Below, in pieces: positions 19,448-30,210 of a stretch of 64,000 bases of DNA (position 1 is the stretch's first letter; every line of letters starts with the position of its first letter). Under the pieces are notes generated by a model. That model was not told the origin of the DNA. It did not search any database and worked only from the letters and a program-made list of their open reading frames with translations. Where the stretch lies: assembly GCA_963739455.1 (NCBI GenBank), contig CAVUAK010000001.1, positions 2,336,001 through 2,400,000 on the forward strand, read 5' to 3'. The stretch is from an uncultured Gemmatimonadales bacterium (GTDB lineage: Bacteria; Gemmatimonadota; Gemmatimonadetes; Gemmatimonadales; GWC2-71-9). Both the position numbers and the translations under genes were made by a program.

Positions 19448-20803
19448 ATGCGCGCACTGGCTGTCCTACTCCTGGCGTCGCTCGCGATCGGGACACCGGC
19501 GACGGCGCAGGTCCTGACGTCCCCGCCCAAGGGCATCATCCTCCCCAACTACGACATGGTGCGAATCGGCCAGACTGAAGCGATCGAGTCGGGCGCCGTC
19601 GTCGCGCGCGCCACCGGTCCGCTGGCGAACGTCTACAACCCGGCCGGCCTTGCCGCCGCCGACAAGACGGCAATCAACGGCAGCTCCACCGGCTACCAGG
19701 CGGTAACCCTCGGTCTCGAGGGCGTGGGCAAGAATGTCGGGAGCAGCCGCATCTCGAACCTCGGCGGATTCCTGGGCGCCGTCATCGCCAACCCCGTGAT
19801 CAAGTCGAGCAAGTGGCGGCTGGGCTTCTCCATCTTCTCGCCGCTCGGCTGGGAGCCGGGCACGCTGTCAGGCGCCGTGGCGGCGCAAGTCTCCGGGCAG
19901 GACGCGACGCTGGATTACCGCACACAGGTGCGGCTGCGGGCGCAGATCCCGTCGGTGGCGGCCGGCATCAACGTTTCCAAGTCGTTTCGCCTTGGCGTTG
20001 GCTTCCAGGTTCCCATCGTGAGCATCCAGCAGGAGCAGCAGACGACCTTCCTGGCGAGTGATGCGAATGAGGCCTCGACGGTGACGCGAGCATTCGCCGT
20101 GGACGGAAGCACCTGGCTGGTGCGCGGCACGCTGGGCGCGCAGTGGGATGTGTCATCGAAGCTGTCGCTGGGCCTGATGGCCGAGACGGCTACGGCCCGC
20201 CTGTGGGGCAGCAGCTTCTATTCCGACCAGGTCACGACGGCATTTGGCACGGGATTCGAGGCACTGAACTTCCGCGACCCGAATGCCCGGCTGGAGTACA
20301 AGCTCCCGTTCCTGTTGTCGGGCGGGGCGGCGCTGAGGCTGGGCAAGGTGCAGCTGGAGGCGGACGCGCGCTGGTACGGCAAGGTGAACGAGTTCGACAT
20401 GTACACCAGCGACAGCACCGGGATCGGGTTGCGCCAGATGGATGGAGGAGTGCCGGAGCATTCGCCAGTACTGCTGGCACCGGTGACGATGACGTTCACG
20501 TCGGTGGTCAACCTGGCGATCGGTGCCAGCATTCCGGTGTCCAAGAGCTGGCAGCTGCACCTCGGTTTCAGCACCGACCAGTCGCCCCTGCCGGACACGG
20601 AGCAAATGTTCCGCAAGGTGAGCCTTATTGGTGCAACGGCGGGCGTGTCGTTCAAGGCGGCGCGGTTGTCGGGGGCCTTTGGCCTGGGATTGCAGACCGG
20701 CAAGTCGCCGACGACGGTGGTGGGCATCTCGCCCACAGAGGTCGACACCAAGCTGACGGTGAAGACGTTCCAGCTGCTGTACTCGATCGCGTATACGTTC
20801 TAG
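19448..20803 (+). CDS. FadL/OmpP1/TodX-like outer-membrane transporter, copy 1
   Basis: Signal peptide; hatch motif GAVVARA..ANVYNPAGLA; beta-strands; C-terminal YTF. Confidence 0.7.
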   Translation: MRALAVLLLASLAIGTPATAQVLTSPPKGIILPNYDMVRIGQTEAIESGAVVARATGPLANVYNPAGLAAADKTAINGSSTGYQAVTLGLEGVGKNVGSSRISNLGGFLGAVIANPVIKSSKWRLGFSIFSPLGWEPGTLSGAVAAQVSGQDATLDYRTQVRLRAQIPSVAAGINVSKSFRLGVGFQVPIVSIQQEQQTTFLASDANEASTVTRAFAVDGSTWLVRGTLGAQWDVSSKLSLGLMAETATARLWGSSFYSDQVTTAFGTGFEALNFRDPNARLEYKLPFLLSGGAALRLGKVQLEADARWYGKVNEFDMYTSDSTGIGLRQMDGGVPEHSPVLLAPVTMTFTSVVNLAIGASIPVSKSWQLHLGFSTDQSPLPDTEQMFRKVSLIGATAGVSFKAARLSGAFGLGLQTGKSPTTVVGISPTEVDTKLTVKTFQLLYSIAYTF

Positions 20804-20804
20804 G

Positions 20805-20858
20805 AACTGCGGGAACGGCACAGCGGGACAGGGAACAGGCAACAGGGAACAGGGAATT
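20805..20858 (+). repeat. AACTGC leader + 7-bp GGGAACA array
   Basis: tag-gaactgcgggaacggcacagcgggacagggaacaggcaacagggaacagggaa. Confidence 0.8.
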
Positions 20859-20949
20859 GACGCGCCGGGCCTGAACGCCCCACCTTCAGGGGTTCAGCAC
20901 CGCGGGTTCGATCCGCTCTTCCCCATTCCAATTGCCTGGACCCTTCCCC

Positions 20950-22305
20950 ATGCGCCTCCTGGCTGTGGCCCTGCTGGCGGTATGCTCGATCGCCTCGAGA
21001 CTCTCGGCGCAGATCCTGACCGCACCGCCTGAGGGGATCATCATCCCCAACTACGACCTCGTCCGCATCGGACAAACCGAGGCACTGGAGTCGGGTGCGG
21101 TGGTGGCGCGCGCGCGCGGGCCACTCGCCAACGTCTACAACCCCGCGGGTCTTGCCTCGGCAGTGAGTACGGAGATCAACGGCAGCTCGACGGGGTTCCA
21201 GCTGACCTCGCTCGGCCTCAAGGGTGTGGGTCCCGATGTCTCCAGCAGCCGCATCGTGAACCTGGGTGGCTTCCTTGGTGTAGTCATTGCCAACCCGGTC
21301 ATCAAGACGACGAAGTGGCGGCTCGGCTTCTCGGTGTTCTCACCACTGGGATGGGAGCCGGGGATTCTCTCCGGCGCGGAGGCCGGCGCCGTAGCAGGAC
21401 AGCAACTCGCGCTCGACTACCGGACGCAGGTCCGGCTGAGGGCACAGATCCCCTCCATCGCCGCCGGGCTCAACGTGTCGAAGCGTTTCCGGGTCGGCGC
21501 CGGGTTTCAGGTGCCGATCGTCAACGTCCTGCAGCAGCAGCAGAGCACGTCGCTGTCGTACGATGCCACCGAGGCGGCGACGATCACGCGCACGTTCGCG
21601 GCAGACGGCAACGTCTGGCTGGTCCGGCTGATCGGCGGGGTGCAGTGGGACCCGATCCCGGCGGTGTCGCTCGGGCTCACCGCAGAAACCGGCACGGCAC
21701 GGTTGTGGGGAAGCAGTTTCTACAGCGACCAGCTGAACACCGCGTCCGGGAATGGCTTCACGACACTGAGCTTCCGGGACCCGAGCGCGCGGATGGACTA
21801 CAAGCTTCCGTTCGCGCTCAAGGGTGGCGTGGCGGCGAGAATCGGCAAGGTGGAGGTCGAGGCCAACGTCCGCTGGTACTCGAGCATCGGCGCATTCGAC
21901 CTGTACCGCAGTGACAGCGTCGGGATCGCACTGTCGCAGCAGGCAGGCGGCACGCCGGAGACCGATGCCGTCGTCCTCCCGCCAGTGACGCAGGCGTTTC
22001 GCTCGGCGGTGAACCTTGCCTTCGGCATGCGCATTCCACTTACGCGAAGCTGGCAGCTGCACCTGGGTGTCAACAGCGACCAGTCGCCGCTGTCGGACCC
22101 GGACCAGTTGTTCCGCCAGGTGACGTTCGTCGGCGGGACGGCTGGGTTGTCGTTCACGGTGGGGAGCCTGTCCGGCGCAGTAGGGCTCGGGTTCCAGACG
22201 GGTGCATCCCCGACGACGCAGATCAGCATTCCTCCGGCGACGGTGGATGTCGGCCTCACCGTCCGGACGTTCCAGTTGCTGTATTCGATTGCGTACACGT
22301 TTTGA
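20950..22305 (+). CDS. FadL-like outer-membrane transporter, copy 2
   Basis: Colinear paralog of 19448-20803 (GIIIPNYDLVRIGQTEALESG..NVYNPAGLA..FQLLYSIAYTF). Confidence 0.7.
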   Translation: MRLLAVALLAVCSIASRLSAQILTAPPEGIIIPNYDLVRIGQTEALESGAVVARARGPLANVYNPAGLASAVSTEINGSSTGFQLTSLGLKGVGPDVSSSRIVNLGGFLGVVIANPVIKTTKWRLGFSVFSPLGWEPGILSGAEAGAVAGQQLALDYRTQVRLRAQIPSIAAGLNVSKRFRVGAGFQVPIVNVLQQQQSTSLSYDATEAATITRTFAADGNVWLVRLIGGVQWDPIPAVSLGLTAETGTARLWGSSFYSDQLNTASGNGFTTLSFRDPSARMDYKLPFALKGGVAARIGKVEVEANVRWYSSIGAFDLYRSDSVGIALSQQAGGTPETDAVVLPPVTQAFRSAVNLAFGMRIPLTRSWQLHLGVNSDQSPLSDPDQLFRQVTFVGGTAGLSFTVGSLSGAVGLGFQTGASPTTQISIPPATVDVGLTVRTFQLLYSIAYTF

Positions 22306-22308
22306 AGA

Positions 22309-22346
22309 CGGCGGGTAGGGCGGGTAAGGCGGGTAAGGCGGGTAGG
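22309..22346 (+). repeat. 9-bp GGCGGGTAA array
   Basis: acggcgggtagggcgggtaaggcgggtaaggcgggtagg. Confidence 0.8.
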
Positions 22347-22360
22347 CAACAGAGAGGCAC

Positions 22361-25300
22361 CTGAAGATTCCAGTTCGCGTCATCGCGCTCATTCTTGTCC
22401 TTGTCTCGTCGCGGGTGGCTGCGCAGATCGCAGCGCCACCGACGGGATTTTCCGTGTCGTCGTGGACCACGGCGGATGGGCTTCCGCAGAGTTCCATCGG
22501 GGGATTGGCGCGCGACCGGGAGGGCTACCTCTGGGTCGGCACCTCTGCGGGACTGGCGCGCTTCGACGGCGACAGTTTCGTGACGTACCCGCGCGAACCG
22601 ATGGCGGAGCCGTTCAAGATGGTGTCGGATATGACGACCGACGCGAGCGGGACGATCTGGGTGGCGGGGGCGGACTCGGGTGTCGCACGACTCGACCAGT
22701 ACGGCCGGCTCACGCCCACCACGCCGTCGCCGGTGCCGCGACCGTTGCACCTCGCGGTGGGCGGGGCGGACTCCGTGTGGATGGCCTATTTCGGACAGTT
22801 GTGGCTGCATGCGGAGAACCGCTGGCAACAACTTGCGTCGGTTCCCGACAACGTCATCGGTGAAATCGGGGCGCTGATGGTCGATGACACTGGTGCGCTG
22901 TGGATCGGCACGACCAACGGCCTGGCACGGCTCGGACCTGGCGGCCAGCGACTGCAACGAATCGCCGGGCTGTCATGCGTCAATGTCTGGTCGCTTGCGG
23001 CAGCGGGTGGGGGTGACGTCTGGGTTGGCACCTGCGGTGGCGTGGTCAGGGTGTCAGCACAGGGCGCGCTGGAGCGGATGGTATGGGATCGCCCGTCGCG
23101 CTCACGAGTGCGGAGCCTGCTGGCTGAAGGTGACAGCGTCCTGTGGTTCGGCGATCGTGATGGAGTGCACCGTCTCAGGGTGACGCGCGACAGCGGGTCC
23201 TCCTGGCGCGTGCACACAACGTTCACCGGGTCGCTGGACCTGGAAGGGGCAGAGCCCAACGTCATGCTCGCCGGGGCCAATGGCAGTATCTGGGTGGGCA
23301 GCAATGGGGCGGGACTACGACTCATCCGTCCACAGCTGGTGGGGCGCCTTACGCTGGCCGACGGACTTCCCGACCGCCCGGTGCATCACCTGATTCCCGA
23401 CGGACACGGGGGCCTGTGGCTGGGTGGTGGCTGCGGTGGCCTGGTGCAATGGCGTGAGGGAGAGGTGAAGGTCTATCGTCCTCCTTCACTCGGCCTCAGT
23501 TCGAATTGCGTGCGCGGGCTGCTGCGCGATCGCGCCGACAACCTGTGGATCGGCGAGGTGGGCCGCCTGATCAGGCTGGACACCGCCGGGCACTCGGTGG
23601 AAATGGCAGGGCAGCCTGGCGCGCCCGTGAACGAGTTCATCCCGATGCTCGAGGACCGGGAGGGCCGAGTCTGGTACGGGACCACCTTCGGCACCGTCGG
23701 ATACGTCTCGAGCGACGGTGCGACGACCATGCTGCCCGATACCACGCTCTCACCGCACAAAGTGTGGTCGATGATCGAGGACGAGACCGGGGTGTGGGTG
23801 GGACAGGTGGGCGAGCTGACGCATCTCGTGAACGGCCGGGTTGATGTGCGCCTGGGGAAGAAGGAGGGCATGCCGCCGGGCCTGATCCGGAGCCTCACGT
23901 ACGACCGCTCCGGGGACCTCTGGATCGCGAGCTATGGCGGCGGCCTGGCGCGACTGCGCGGAGGAACCGGCGGCCAGGTGCAGCGGCTTCGTCCGGGTGG
24001 CCGGCGATTCGAGCAGGCACTGTCGGCGATCGTGATCGACCGGGCGGACCGTTTCTGGTTCCTGGGCGATGGCGGCCTGACGATGATGGCGCCGGGCGAG
24101 TTGTCGGCAGCGGTTGACGAAGGGCGACCGGTTCGTGGGGCGGTGGAGCTGGGCCTCCCCGATGGAGTGCCGGAGGGCAACAACGGCTTCCCCAATGCGT
24201 GGATCGATCGCACCGTGGACCGGCTGTGGGTGGCCACAGTGGACGGTGTGGTAACGGTCGACCTGCCAAGATTTCCCCGCGGCGCCACGGGACCCCGGCT
24301 GCGGATCGATGACGTGCGGATCGACGGCGCGCGCACGGCGACGACGGACTCCGTCGTCGTGCCGGTTGGCGGGAACGCGCTGGAGATCCGGTTTACGGCG
24401 CCGACCTTCGGCGGGCCCGACGACCTGCGCTTCCGCTATCGCCTCCGGGGCCATGATCGCGACTGGATCGAGAGCGGCACCACGCGCGTGGCGCGCTACG
24501 CGAGCCTTGCCCCGGGGCGATACACCTTTGAGCTGATCGGCCGGAGCCGGGATGGCGTCGAGCGCAGCGCGCCGCTGGCACTGCCGGTGACGGTGGTACC
24601 GGCCTGGTGGCAGACGGCCCTCGCCCGCATCGTGTTCGTCCTGCTCGGGCTTGGCCTGATCTGGTTTGCGTTTCTGGCGCTGTCGCGGCGGCTCCGGGAG
24701 CGGGCGCGGGTACTGCAGCACGAGATCTCGGTGCGGGAGCAGGCGGAGGCGCAGGCGGCCGCCGCGGCGCGTGACCTGGCCCATGTCAGCCGGCTGGCGA
24801 CGGCGGGCGAACTGGCGACGTCAATCGCCCATGAACTGAACCAGCCGCTCACGGCAGTCGTCGGGAGTGCCCAGACCGCGCGTCACCTGCTGCATGGCGA
24901 GGGCCACGAGGCACTGCGCGAATTGCTCGACGCGATCGTGACCCAGAGCGACCGCGCGGCCGGCGTCATTCGAAGCCTCCGGGCGTTCGTGCTCAAGCAG
25001 CGATCGGCGGACGAACTCCTGTCTCCCGATGCCGTGGTTGCCGATACCCTCCAGCTCATGCGCCAGGAACTCGCGGTGCGGGGCGTCACGACCAGGGTGG
25101 TGAACGAACTCCGGCCCGGCGCGCGAGTGCGGGGCGACGCGGTGCAGCTGCAGCAGGTGGTGGTCAACCTGCTCCTCAATGCGGCGGACGCGATGAGCGG
25201 CCTGCCGGGATCGAAACGCCGAGTTACTGTACTGGTGCGCTCGGACGATGCGGAGACGGTGCGGATCTCGGTGTTTGATGCGGGAAAGGGGCTCGAGCCG

Positions 25301-25474
25301 GACGCGCTGGCGCGGGTCTTCGAGCCCTTCTTCACCACGAAGCCGGGAGGGCTTGGGCTTGGGCTGTCGCTGAGCCACTCCATCATCGAGGCGCACTCGG
25401 GCCGGCTGTGGGCGGAGTCGGCGCCGGGGAAGGGCAGTGCGTTCCACATCCACTTGCCGGTGAGCCAAACGTGA
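22361..25474 (+). CDS. Sensor histidine kinase with periplasmic beta-propeller (Reg_prop) and Y_Y_Y domains
   Basis: WTTADGLP, DREGYLWVGT repeats, FRYRLRGHDRDW..YASLAPGRYTF, TM helix, SIAHELNQPL H-box, N/G1/F/G2 boxes; probable CTG start at 22361 supplies the signal peptide. Confidence 0.9.
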   Translation: MKIPVRVIALILVLVSSRVAAQIAAPPTGFSVSSWTTADGLPQSSIGGLARDREGYLWVGTSAGLARFDGDSFVTYPREPMAEPFKMVSDMTTDASGTIWVAGADSGVARLDQYGRLTPTTPSPVPRPLHLAVGGADSVWMAYFGQLWLHAENRWQQLASVPDNVIGEIGALMVDDTGALWIGTTNGLARLGPGGQRLQRIAGLSCVNVWSLAAAGGGDVWVGTCGGVVRVSAQGALERMVWDRPSRSRVRSLLAEGDSVLWFGDRDGVHRLRVTRDSGSSWRVHTTFTGSLDLEGAEPNVMLAGANGSIWVGSNGAGLRLIRPQLVGRLTLADGLPDRPVHHLIPDGHGGLWLGGGCGGLVQWREGEVKVYRPPSLGLSSNCVRGLLRDRADNLWIGEVGRLIRLDTAGHSVEMAGQPGAPVNEFIPMLEDREGRVWYGTTFGTVGYVSSDGATTMLPDTTLSPHKVWSMIEDETGVWVGQVGELTHLVNGRVDVRLGKKEGMPPGLIRSLTYDRSGDLWIASYGGGLARLRGGTGGQVQRLRPGGRRFEQALSAIVIDRADRFWFLGDGGLTMMAPGELSAAVDEGRPVRGAVELGLPDGVPEGNNGFPNAWIDRTVDRLWVATVDGVVTVDLPRFPRGATGPRLRIDDVRIDGARTATTDSVVVPVGGNALEIRFTAPTFGGPDDLRFRYRLRGHDRDWIESGTTRVARYASLAPGRYTFELIGRSRDGVERSAPLALPVTVVPAWWQTALARIVFVLLGLGLIWFAFLALSRRLRERARVLQHEISVREQAEAQAAAAARDLAHVSRLATAGELATSIAHELNQPLTAVVGSAQTARHLLHGEGHEALRELLDAIVTQSDRAAGVIRSLRAFVLKQRSADELLSPDAVVADTLQLMRQELAVRGVTTRVVNELRPGARVRGDAVQLQQVVVNLLLNAADAMSGLPGSKRRVTVLVRSDDAETVRISVFDAGKGLEPDALARVFEPFFTTKPGGLGLGLSLSHSIIEAHSGRLWAESAPGKGSAFHIHLPVSQT

Positions 25475-26097
25475 GCACCGAACGAGTTGTGCACCTGGTG
25501 GACGACGACGAGGCGGTGCGCAATGCGCTGGGTGGCCTGCTGTCGGTGTGCGGGTTCGCCGTCCACCGCCATGCGTCGGGGCGCGCGCTGCTGGAGCGCC
25601 TCGAGTCGCTGCCATCGGGCGTGATCCTGCTGGACCTGCGCATGCCGGAGATGTCGGGTCTCGAGGTCCAGGCGGAACTGGAACGACGGGCGATCCCGCT
25701 CCCGATCATCTACCTGACGGCGCATGGGGACGTGCCCACCGGGGTGCTGGCGATGAAGCGGGGCGCGGTCGACTTCCTGGAGAAGCCGGTGCGCGAGGAG
25801 GGCCTGCTCGCGGCGCTCGAACAGGCATTCCGGGTGTTCGGGTCGCAGTCGGACGTGCGGGCCGCCGGCCGGGTGGCGCGGGGGCATGCTGCGCTCCTGA
25901 CGCCTCGGGAGCGGGAGGTGATCGAACTGGTGGTGCGCGGCTCCCGCAACCGGGATATTGCCACGATGCTGGGGATCAGCCTGCAGACGGTGAAAGTCCA
26001 TCGCATGCGTGGCATGACCAAGATGCACGTGACGACGATCCCGGACCTCACTCGGGCGTGGCAGGCCGCGGCCATGGCGGACAGCTCGGCAGACTAG
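25471..26097 (+). CDS. FixJ/LuxR-family response regulator
   Basis: VHLVDDD, LLDLRMPEMSG, GAVDFLEKP, LTPREREV..IATMLGISLQTVKVHR; GTGA overlap with kinase. Confidence 0.92.
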   Translation: MSTERVVHLVDDDEAVRNALGGLLSVCGFAVHRHASGRALLERLESLPSGVILLDLRMPEMSGLEVQAELERRAIPLPIIYLTAHGDVPTGVLAMKRGAVDFLEKPVREEGLLAALEQAFRVFGSQSDVRAAGRVARGHAALLTPREREVIELVVRGSRNRDIATMLGISLQTVKVHRMRGMTKMHVTTIPDLTRAWQAAAMADSSAD

Positions 26098-26194
26098 GTC
26101 CCCCGGCATCACCCCAAGGTTCAATGGTCCCACTCGCCTGACGGCACGAGTCTTCAGGGCGGCCACTTACGGCCATGTCGCCCTGGAGATGTGA

Positions 26195-26863
26195 ATGATC
26201 GCTGCCCGCGCGCTCCACCTGTCCCCGACCCCGCCACCACGACCAATGCCGCTGCCGGCGCTTCGCACCGCGTCGGAGCGGAGCATCCGTGAGGCGGCCG
26301 AGACGAACGAACTGGTGCGGCGGCACCTGTCAGGCGACCCGCTGGCGTTCGACGAGCTCGTCGGGCGCTACCATGGCCGAGTGCTTCGCTTCACCATTCG
26401 CATGATCGGCGACCGGGAGAGTGCGGAAGACCTGGTACAGGAGGCGTTCTTCCGGGTTTCGCGACACATCCATCGCTTCGACACCAGCCGCAAGTTCTCG
26501 ACCTGGCTGTACACCATCGTGTCGAACCTCAGCAAGAACGAGCTGCGCCGTCGCCGGCGGAGCCCGCTGGTGCTGTACCAGTCGAACGGCACGGAGGACG
26601 ACGATTCGGCCCCGATGCAGTTCGCCGATGCGCGCGGCCGTCCGGACGACGCCATGGCGTACCGGGACCTCACGAAGCTGGTGGATGCGACGCTGGCGCG
26701 TCTCCCGGCGCTGTATCGCGACGTGCTGGTGCTGCGTGAGCTCGAGGGTCGCAGCTACGACGAAATGGGCGAGATCCTCGGTTGCCGCCTCGGGGCGGTG
26801 AAGAGCCGGCTGCACCGCGCGCGCATGTCCTTCCTGGCATTGATCGCACCTCATCTCGACTGA
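26195..26863 (+). CDS. ECF sigma-70 factor
   Basis: AEDLVQEAF, FSTWLYTIVSN, LRELEGRSYDEM..GAVKSRLHRAR. Confidence 0.92.
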   Translation: MIAARALHLSPTPPPRPMPLPALRTASERSIREAAETNELVRRHLSGDPLAFDELVGRYHGRVLRFTIRMIGDRESAEDLVQEAFFRVSRHIHRFDTSRKFSTWLYTIVSNLSKNELRRRRRSPLVLYQSNGTEDDDSAPMQFADARGRPDDAMAYRDLTKLVDATLARLPALYRDVLVLRELEGRSYDEMGEILGCRLGAVKSRLHRARMSFLALIAPHLD

Positions 26864-26872
26864 AGAGGCATC

Positions 26873-28643
26873 ATGAACGTCGTCTCGCGTGCACCCATCG
26901 GGTTCATGATTGCCCTCCTCGCGACGAGCGTGGTGGCGGGCTGCAAGGGGAAGGCCGCTGATACCACTGCTGCACCGGCCGAAAGCGTGGCAGCGCCCGA
27001 CACGGCGCAGGCGCAGGTGGCCGAAGCGCCGCCGGCATCGGTGGATGAGCTGGTGGCCCCGATCGCGCTGTATCCCGACCAGTTGCTCGGCCAGATCCTG
27101 ACCATCTCGACCACGCCGCAGGAGGTGCTGGACGTCGGCAACTGGATCCTCGCGAACCAGAGCCTGGAGGGCGATGCGCTCTCGGGCGCCGCGAAGACGG
27201 CGGGCTTCACGCCGAGCGCGCAGTATCTCGTGAGCTTCCCGGCGGTGGTGGACAACATGTGCCAGGAGCTGGACTGGACGACGCAACTGGGCGAGGCGTT
27301 CACGTCCAACCAGCAGGGCGTGATGGACGCGGTGCAGCGGAAGCGGCAGCAGGCACAGCAGAGCGGAAACCTGGTGTCGAGCCCGCAGATGCAGGTGTCG
27401 ACGAAGCAGGCGTCGAATGGTGATGCCTACATCGAGATCGCGCCGGGCAACCCGAAGGTGGTCTACGTTCCCCAGTACGACCCGGTGACGGTGTACGTCA
27501 CCGCTCCGCCGGCTACCACGACGACGACCACGACGACGGTACAGAAGTCGGGGGTGAGCACCGGTGCCGCGGTCGGGATCGGCCTGCTGTCGTTCGGGGT
27601 GGGCATGGCGGTGGGTTCAGCGATCAACAACAACAACAACTACTACCCGTATCCGTCATGGGGCTATGGGAGCATGTACTATGGCGGGCGGCCGTACTAT
27701 CCGCCGCCGTACCGGCCGCCGGTGTATCCGGGCTACCGTCCGGTGTATGGGTACAATCCGCCGCCCAACTACCGGTATCACAACACGAACGTGACGATCA
27801 ACAACAACGACTACTACAACCGGTTCAACAACAACAACCGGCCGAACGGCAACAACAATCGTCCGAATGGCAACAACAACCGTCCGGGGAACAACAACAA
27901 CCGCCCGGGCAACAACGGCAACCTGGCGAACAACAACAATCGTCCGGCCGGGGAACGGAACGGCAACCGGCCCGGCAACGGCGAACGACAATCGTCCCGG
28001 CAACAACAACCGGCCCGGTGCCGGTGCGGCGCCCAACGGGACATACAATGGCGCCCGGCCCAAGACGGGTGACCAGCGCCCGGGCGCCGGGATGGCGAAC
28101 GCGAACCCGAACGGGCCTGCCGGGAAGGGGCCGGGGAACCAGATGGCGTCGCGCGACAACCCGCGTCCGACTCCAGGTGGCGCCGGAAACGCGGCACGAC
28201 CTGGTGGTGCGGCCGCGGCGGGTACGCGCGACATGAGCCGCCCGACGGGTGGTGGAAACCGGCCGACCACGGGAGCACAGCCGGTGGATCGGGGATATGG
28301 GGACGCCCGGCCCTCGACGGGTGCCGCGAATGCGAGCCGTCCGTCGCCAGGCGCGGCGAAGCCGACGCGGCCGTCAACGGGAGCCGCTACCGCCAGTCGG
28401 CCTGGGACAGCTGCTGCGCCGAGCCGTCCCGCGGCCAAGCCGCAGCCGGCGAGTCGTCCTGCGCCGCAGCCGCAGAGTCGTCCGGCGCCCCAGAAGCAGG
28501 GAGGCGGCGCCTATGGTGGCGGCGGGGGTGGCGGTGGGAACAGTGCGCGCGCGGCGAGCAGCCGCGGGAAGGCCAGCATGGGCGGAAGCAGTGGCGGTGG
28601 CGGTGGTGGTGCGAGTGCACGTGGCGCGGGGAGGGCTCGCTGA
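26873..28643 (+). CDS. DUF3300 family lipoprotein with Asn/Pro/Gly-rich tail, copy 1 (frameshift ~27985)
   Basis: Lipobox VAGC; LVAPIALYPDQLLGQIL, LDWTTQLGEAF, VVYVPQYDP. Confidence 0.85.
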
Positions 28644-29542
28644 TGTCACATACAACTGAACGGCGCGCGCGGGTGTCCGGTGCCGCGCTCCTGATGATGC
28701 TCTGCCTGGGCTGTGGGGACCGCACGCCGGCACCGGTTGCAACGGGCGCCGGATGAGGGTGCGCGGACCTATGCCACGACGGACGAGGCGGTGGCGGCGT
28801 TCATCAAGGCGTCGAGGGATGGCAGCGTCCCGGAATTGCTGGCGATCCTGGGGCCGGGGAGCGAGGACATCATTTCCTCGGGCGATACGATCGCGGACGC
28901 AAAGGAGCGCGCCTGGTTCGTGGCGCGGTTCGACTCGACCCATACGCTGGTCGAGTCGGCTCCCGACCAGCTGACGCTCGACGTGGGTGCGGACGACTGG
29001 CCGCTTGCCGATCCCGCTGACGCGGGTGGACGGCAAGTGGCACTGGGATGGAGCGGCGGGACGGCAGGAGATCGTCTTCCGCCGGATCGGGCACAACGAG
29101 CTGGGTGCAATCCAGGCGTGTCGTGGAGTGGTGGCGGCACAGCAGGACTACGCGGCCGTGCCACATGATCGCCAGAAGGCCGGCAGCTACGCCGCGCGGA
29201 TTGTGAGCCAGCCGGGCAAGCAGGATGGGTTGTACTGGGCGACGAACGATGGCGCAACGCCGAGTCCCCTGGGGCCGTTCATGGCGCAGGCGGGGGGCGA
29301 AGGGTACGACACGACGGGAGTACAGACGCCGTACCACGGCTACTACTACCGCATGCTGCCGAATCCGGATGGCTTCGGGCTCGTCGCATATCCCGGCCGA
29401 CTATCGCGCGAGCGGTGTGATGACGTTCCTCGTGGACCAGACGGGCGTGGTGTACCAGAAGGACCTGGGCGAGGAGACGGGCACGCTGGCGCAGGCGATG
29501 ACGGGGTTTGCGGTGGACTCGACGTGGACCGTGGTTGAGTAG
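28643..29542 (+). CDS. DUF2950 family protein, copy 1 (frameshifted)
   Basis: EAVAAF..ILGPG..SSGD.IAD..VGADDWPLPIPL..RRIGHNEL..QDGLYW..PYHGYYYR..YRASGVMTF..VYQKDLG. Confidence 0.85.
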
Positions 29543-29543
29543 G

Positions 29544-29572
29544 AACTGCGGGAACAGGGAACAGGGAACAGG
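29544..29572 (+). repeat. AACTGC leader + GGGAACA array
   Basis: tag-gaactgcgggaacagggaacagggaacagg. Confidence 0.8.
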
Positions 29573-29602
29573 AGGCCGGCCCGCAGAAATGCGGCCGGCC
29601 TC
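29572..29602. terminator. Hairpin between convergent genes
   Basis: GAGGCCGGCC(c)GCA-gaaa-TGCGGCCGGCCTC. Confidence 0.6.
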
Positions 29603-29613
29603 GTTCGCGCCCC

Positions 29614-30042
29614 TTACTTCATGCCGAAGACAGTGACGTCGGCCTTTCCCTTGAGGATGCCCTTGGTGTCATACCAGAAGTCGATGCGCCGGATGTGGCG
29701 GGTGCCGGAGCCCTTGAGGTCGATGACGCGGCTTTCGCCGCCCTCGGGAATGTTCTGGCGCACGTCGATGTTGTCGGGCTGGCCGTTGGCATAGGTGACG
29801 ACCATGCGCTGCATGTTGAGCGGCGCATCGGTGACCTTGAACTTGAGCTTGCGAAAGGTGTCGTACGGTCCCTTGACGACGATTGCGTCGTGGTCGGCGC
29901 CGTGATCGGCGTGGGTCTGGCCGATGAGGCGCCAGGTGCCTGGGGCGCCAGGGCGGGGCTGGGTGACCTGCTGTGCGGTGAGCGTGCCCGCGCCGAGCGT
30001 GATGGCGGCCATCGCTGCAATAAGGATCTTTGATTGCTTCAC
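29614..30042 (-). CDS. Small secreted beta-rich protein (DUF2541/YaaI-like)
   Basis: Signal peptide; WRLIG..DHDAI..FRKLKFKV..MVVTYANG..SRVIDL.G..RHIRRIDFWY. Confidence 0.65.
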   Translation of the reverse strand: MKQSKILIAAMAAITLGAGTLTAQQVTQPRPGAPGTWRLIGQTHADHGADHDAIVVKGPYDTFRKLKFKVTDAPLNMQRMVVTYANGQPDNIDVRQNIPEGGESRVIDLKGSGTRHIRRIDFWYDTKGILKGKADVTVFGMK

Positions 30043-30117
30043 GTCATCTCTCCGGGAATGTCCTGTGCGCAGGAAGCTACGGAGAGGCGGGGTGCGGGGT
30101 ATTGAACGATGGGAGTA

Positions 30118-30146
30118 CAGGGAACAGGGAATAGGAAACAGGGGAC
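30118..30146 (+). repeat. GGGAACA-family array
   Basis: cagggaacagggaataggaaacagggg. Confidence 0.65.
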
Positions 30147-30210
30147 TGTGACCTTGCGGGAACGCTGTAGCAGGAGCTAGAAAGAGACAGCAACAAACGG
30201 GAGCACTCCG

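Noticed and set aside
18815..20803. 662-aa peptidase C26-FadL fusion
   Set aside because: Frame artefact; FadL has its own ATG and signal peptide at 19448, matching its paralog.
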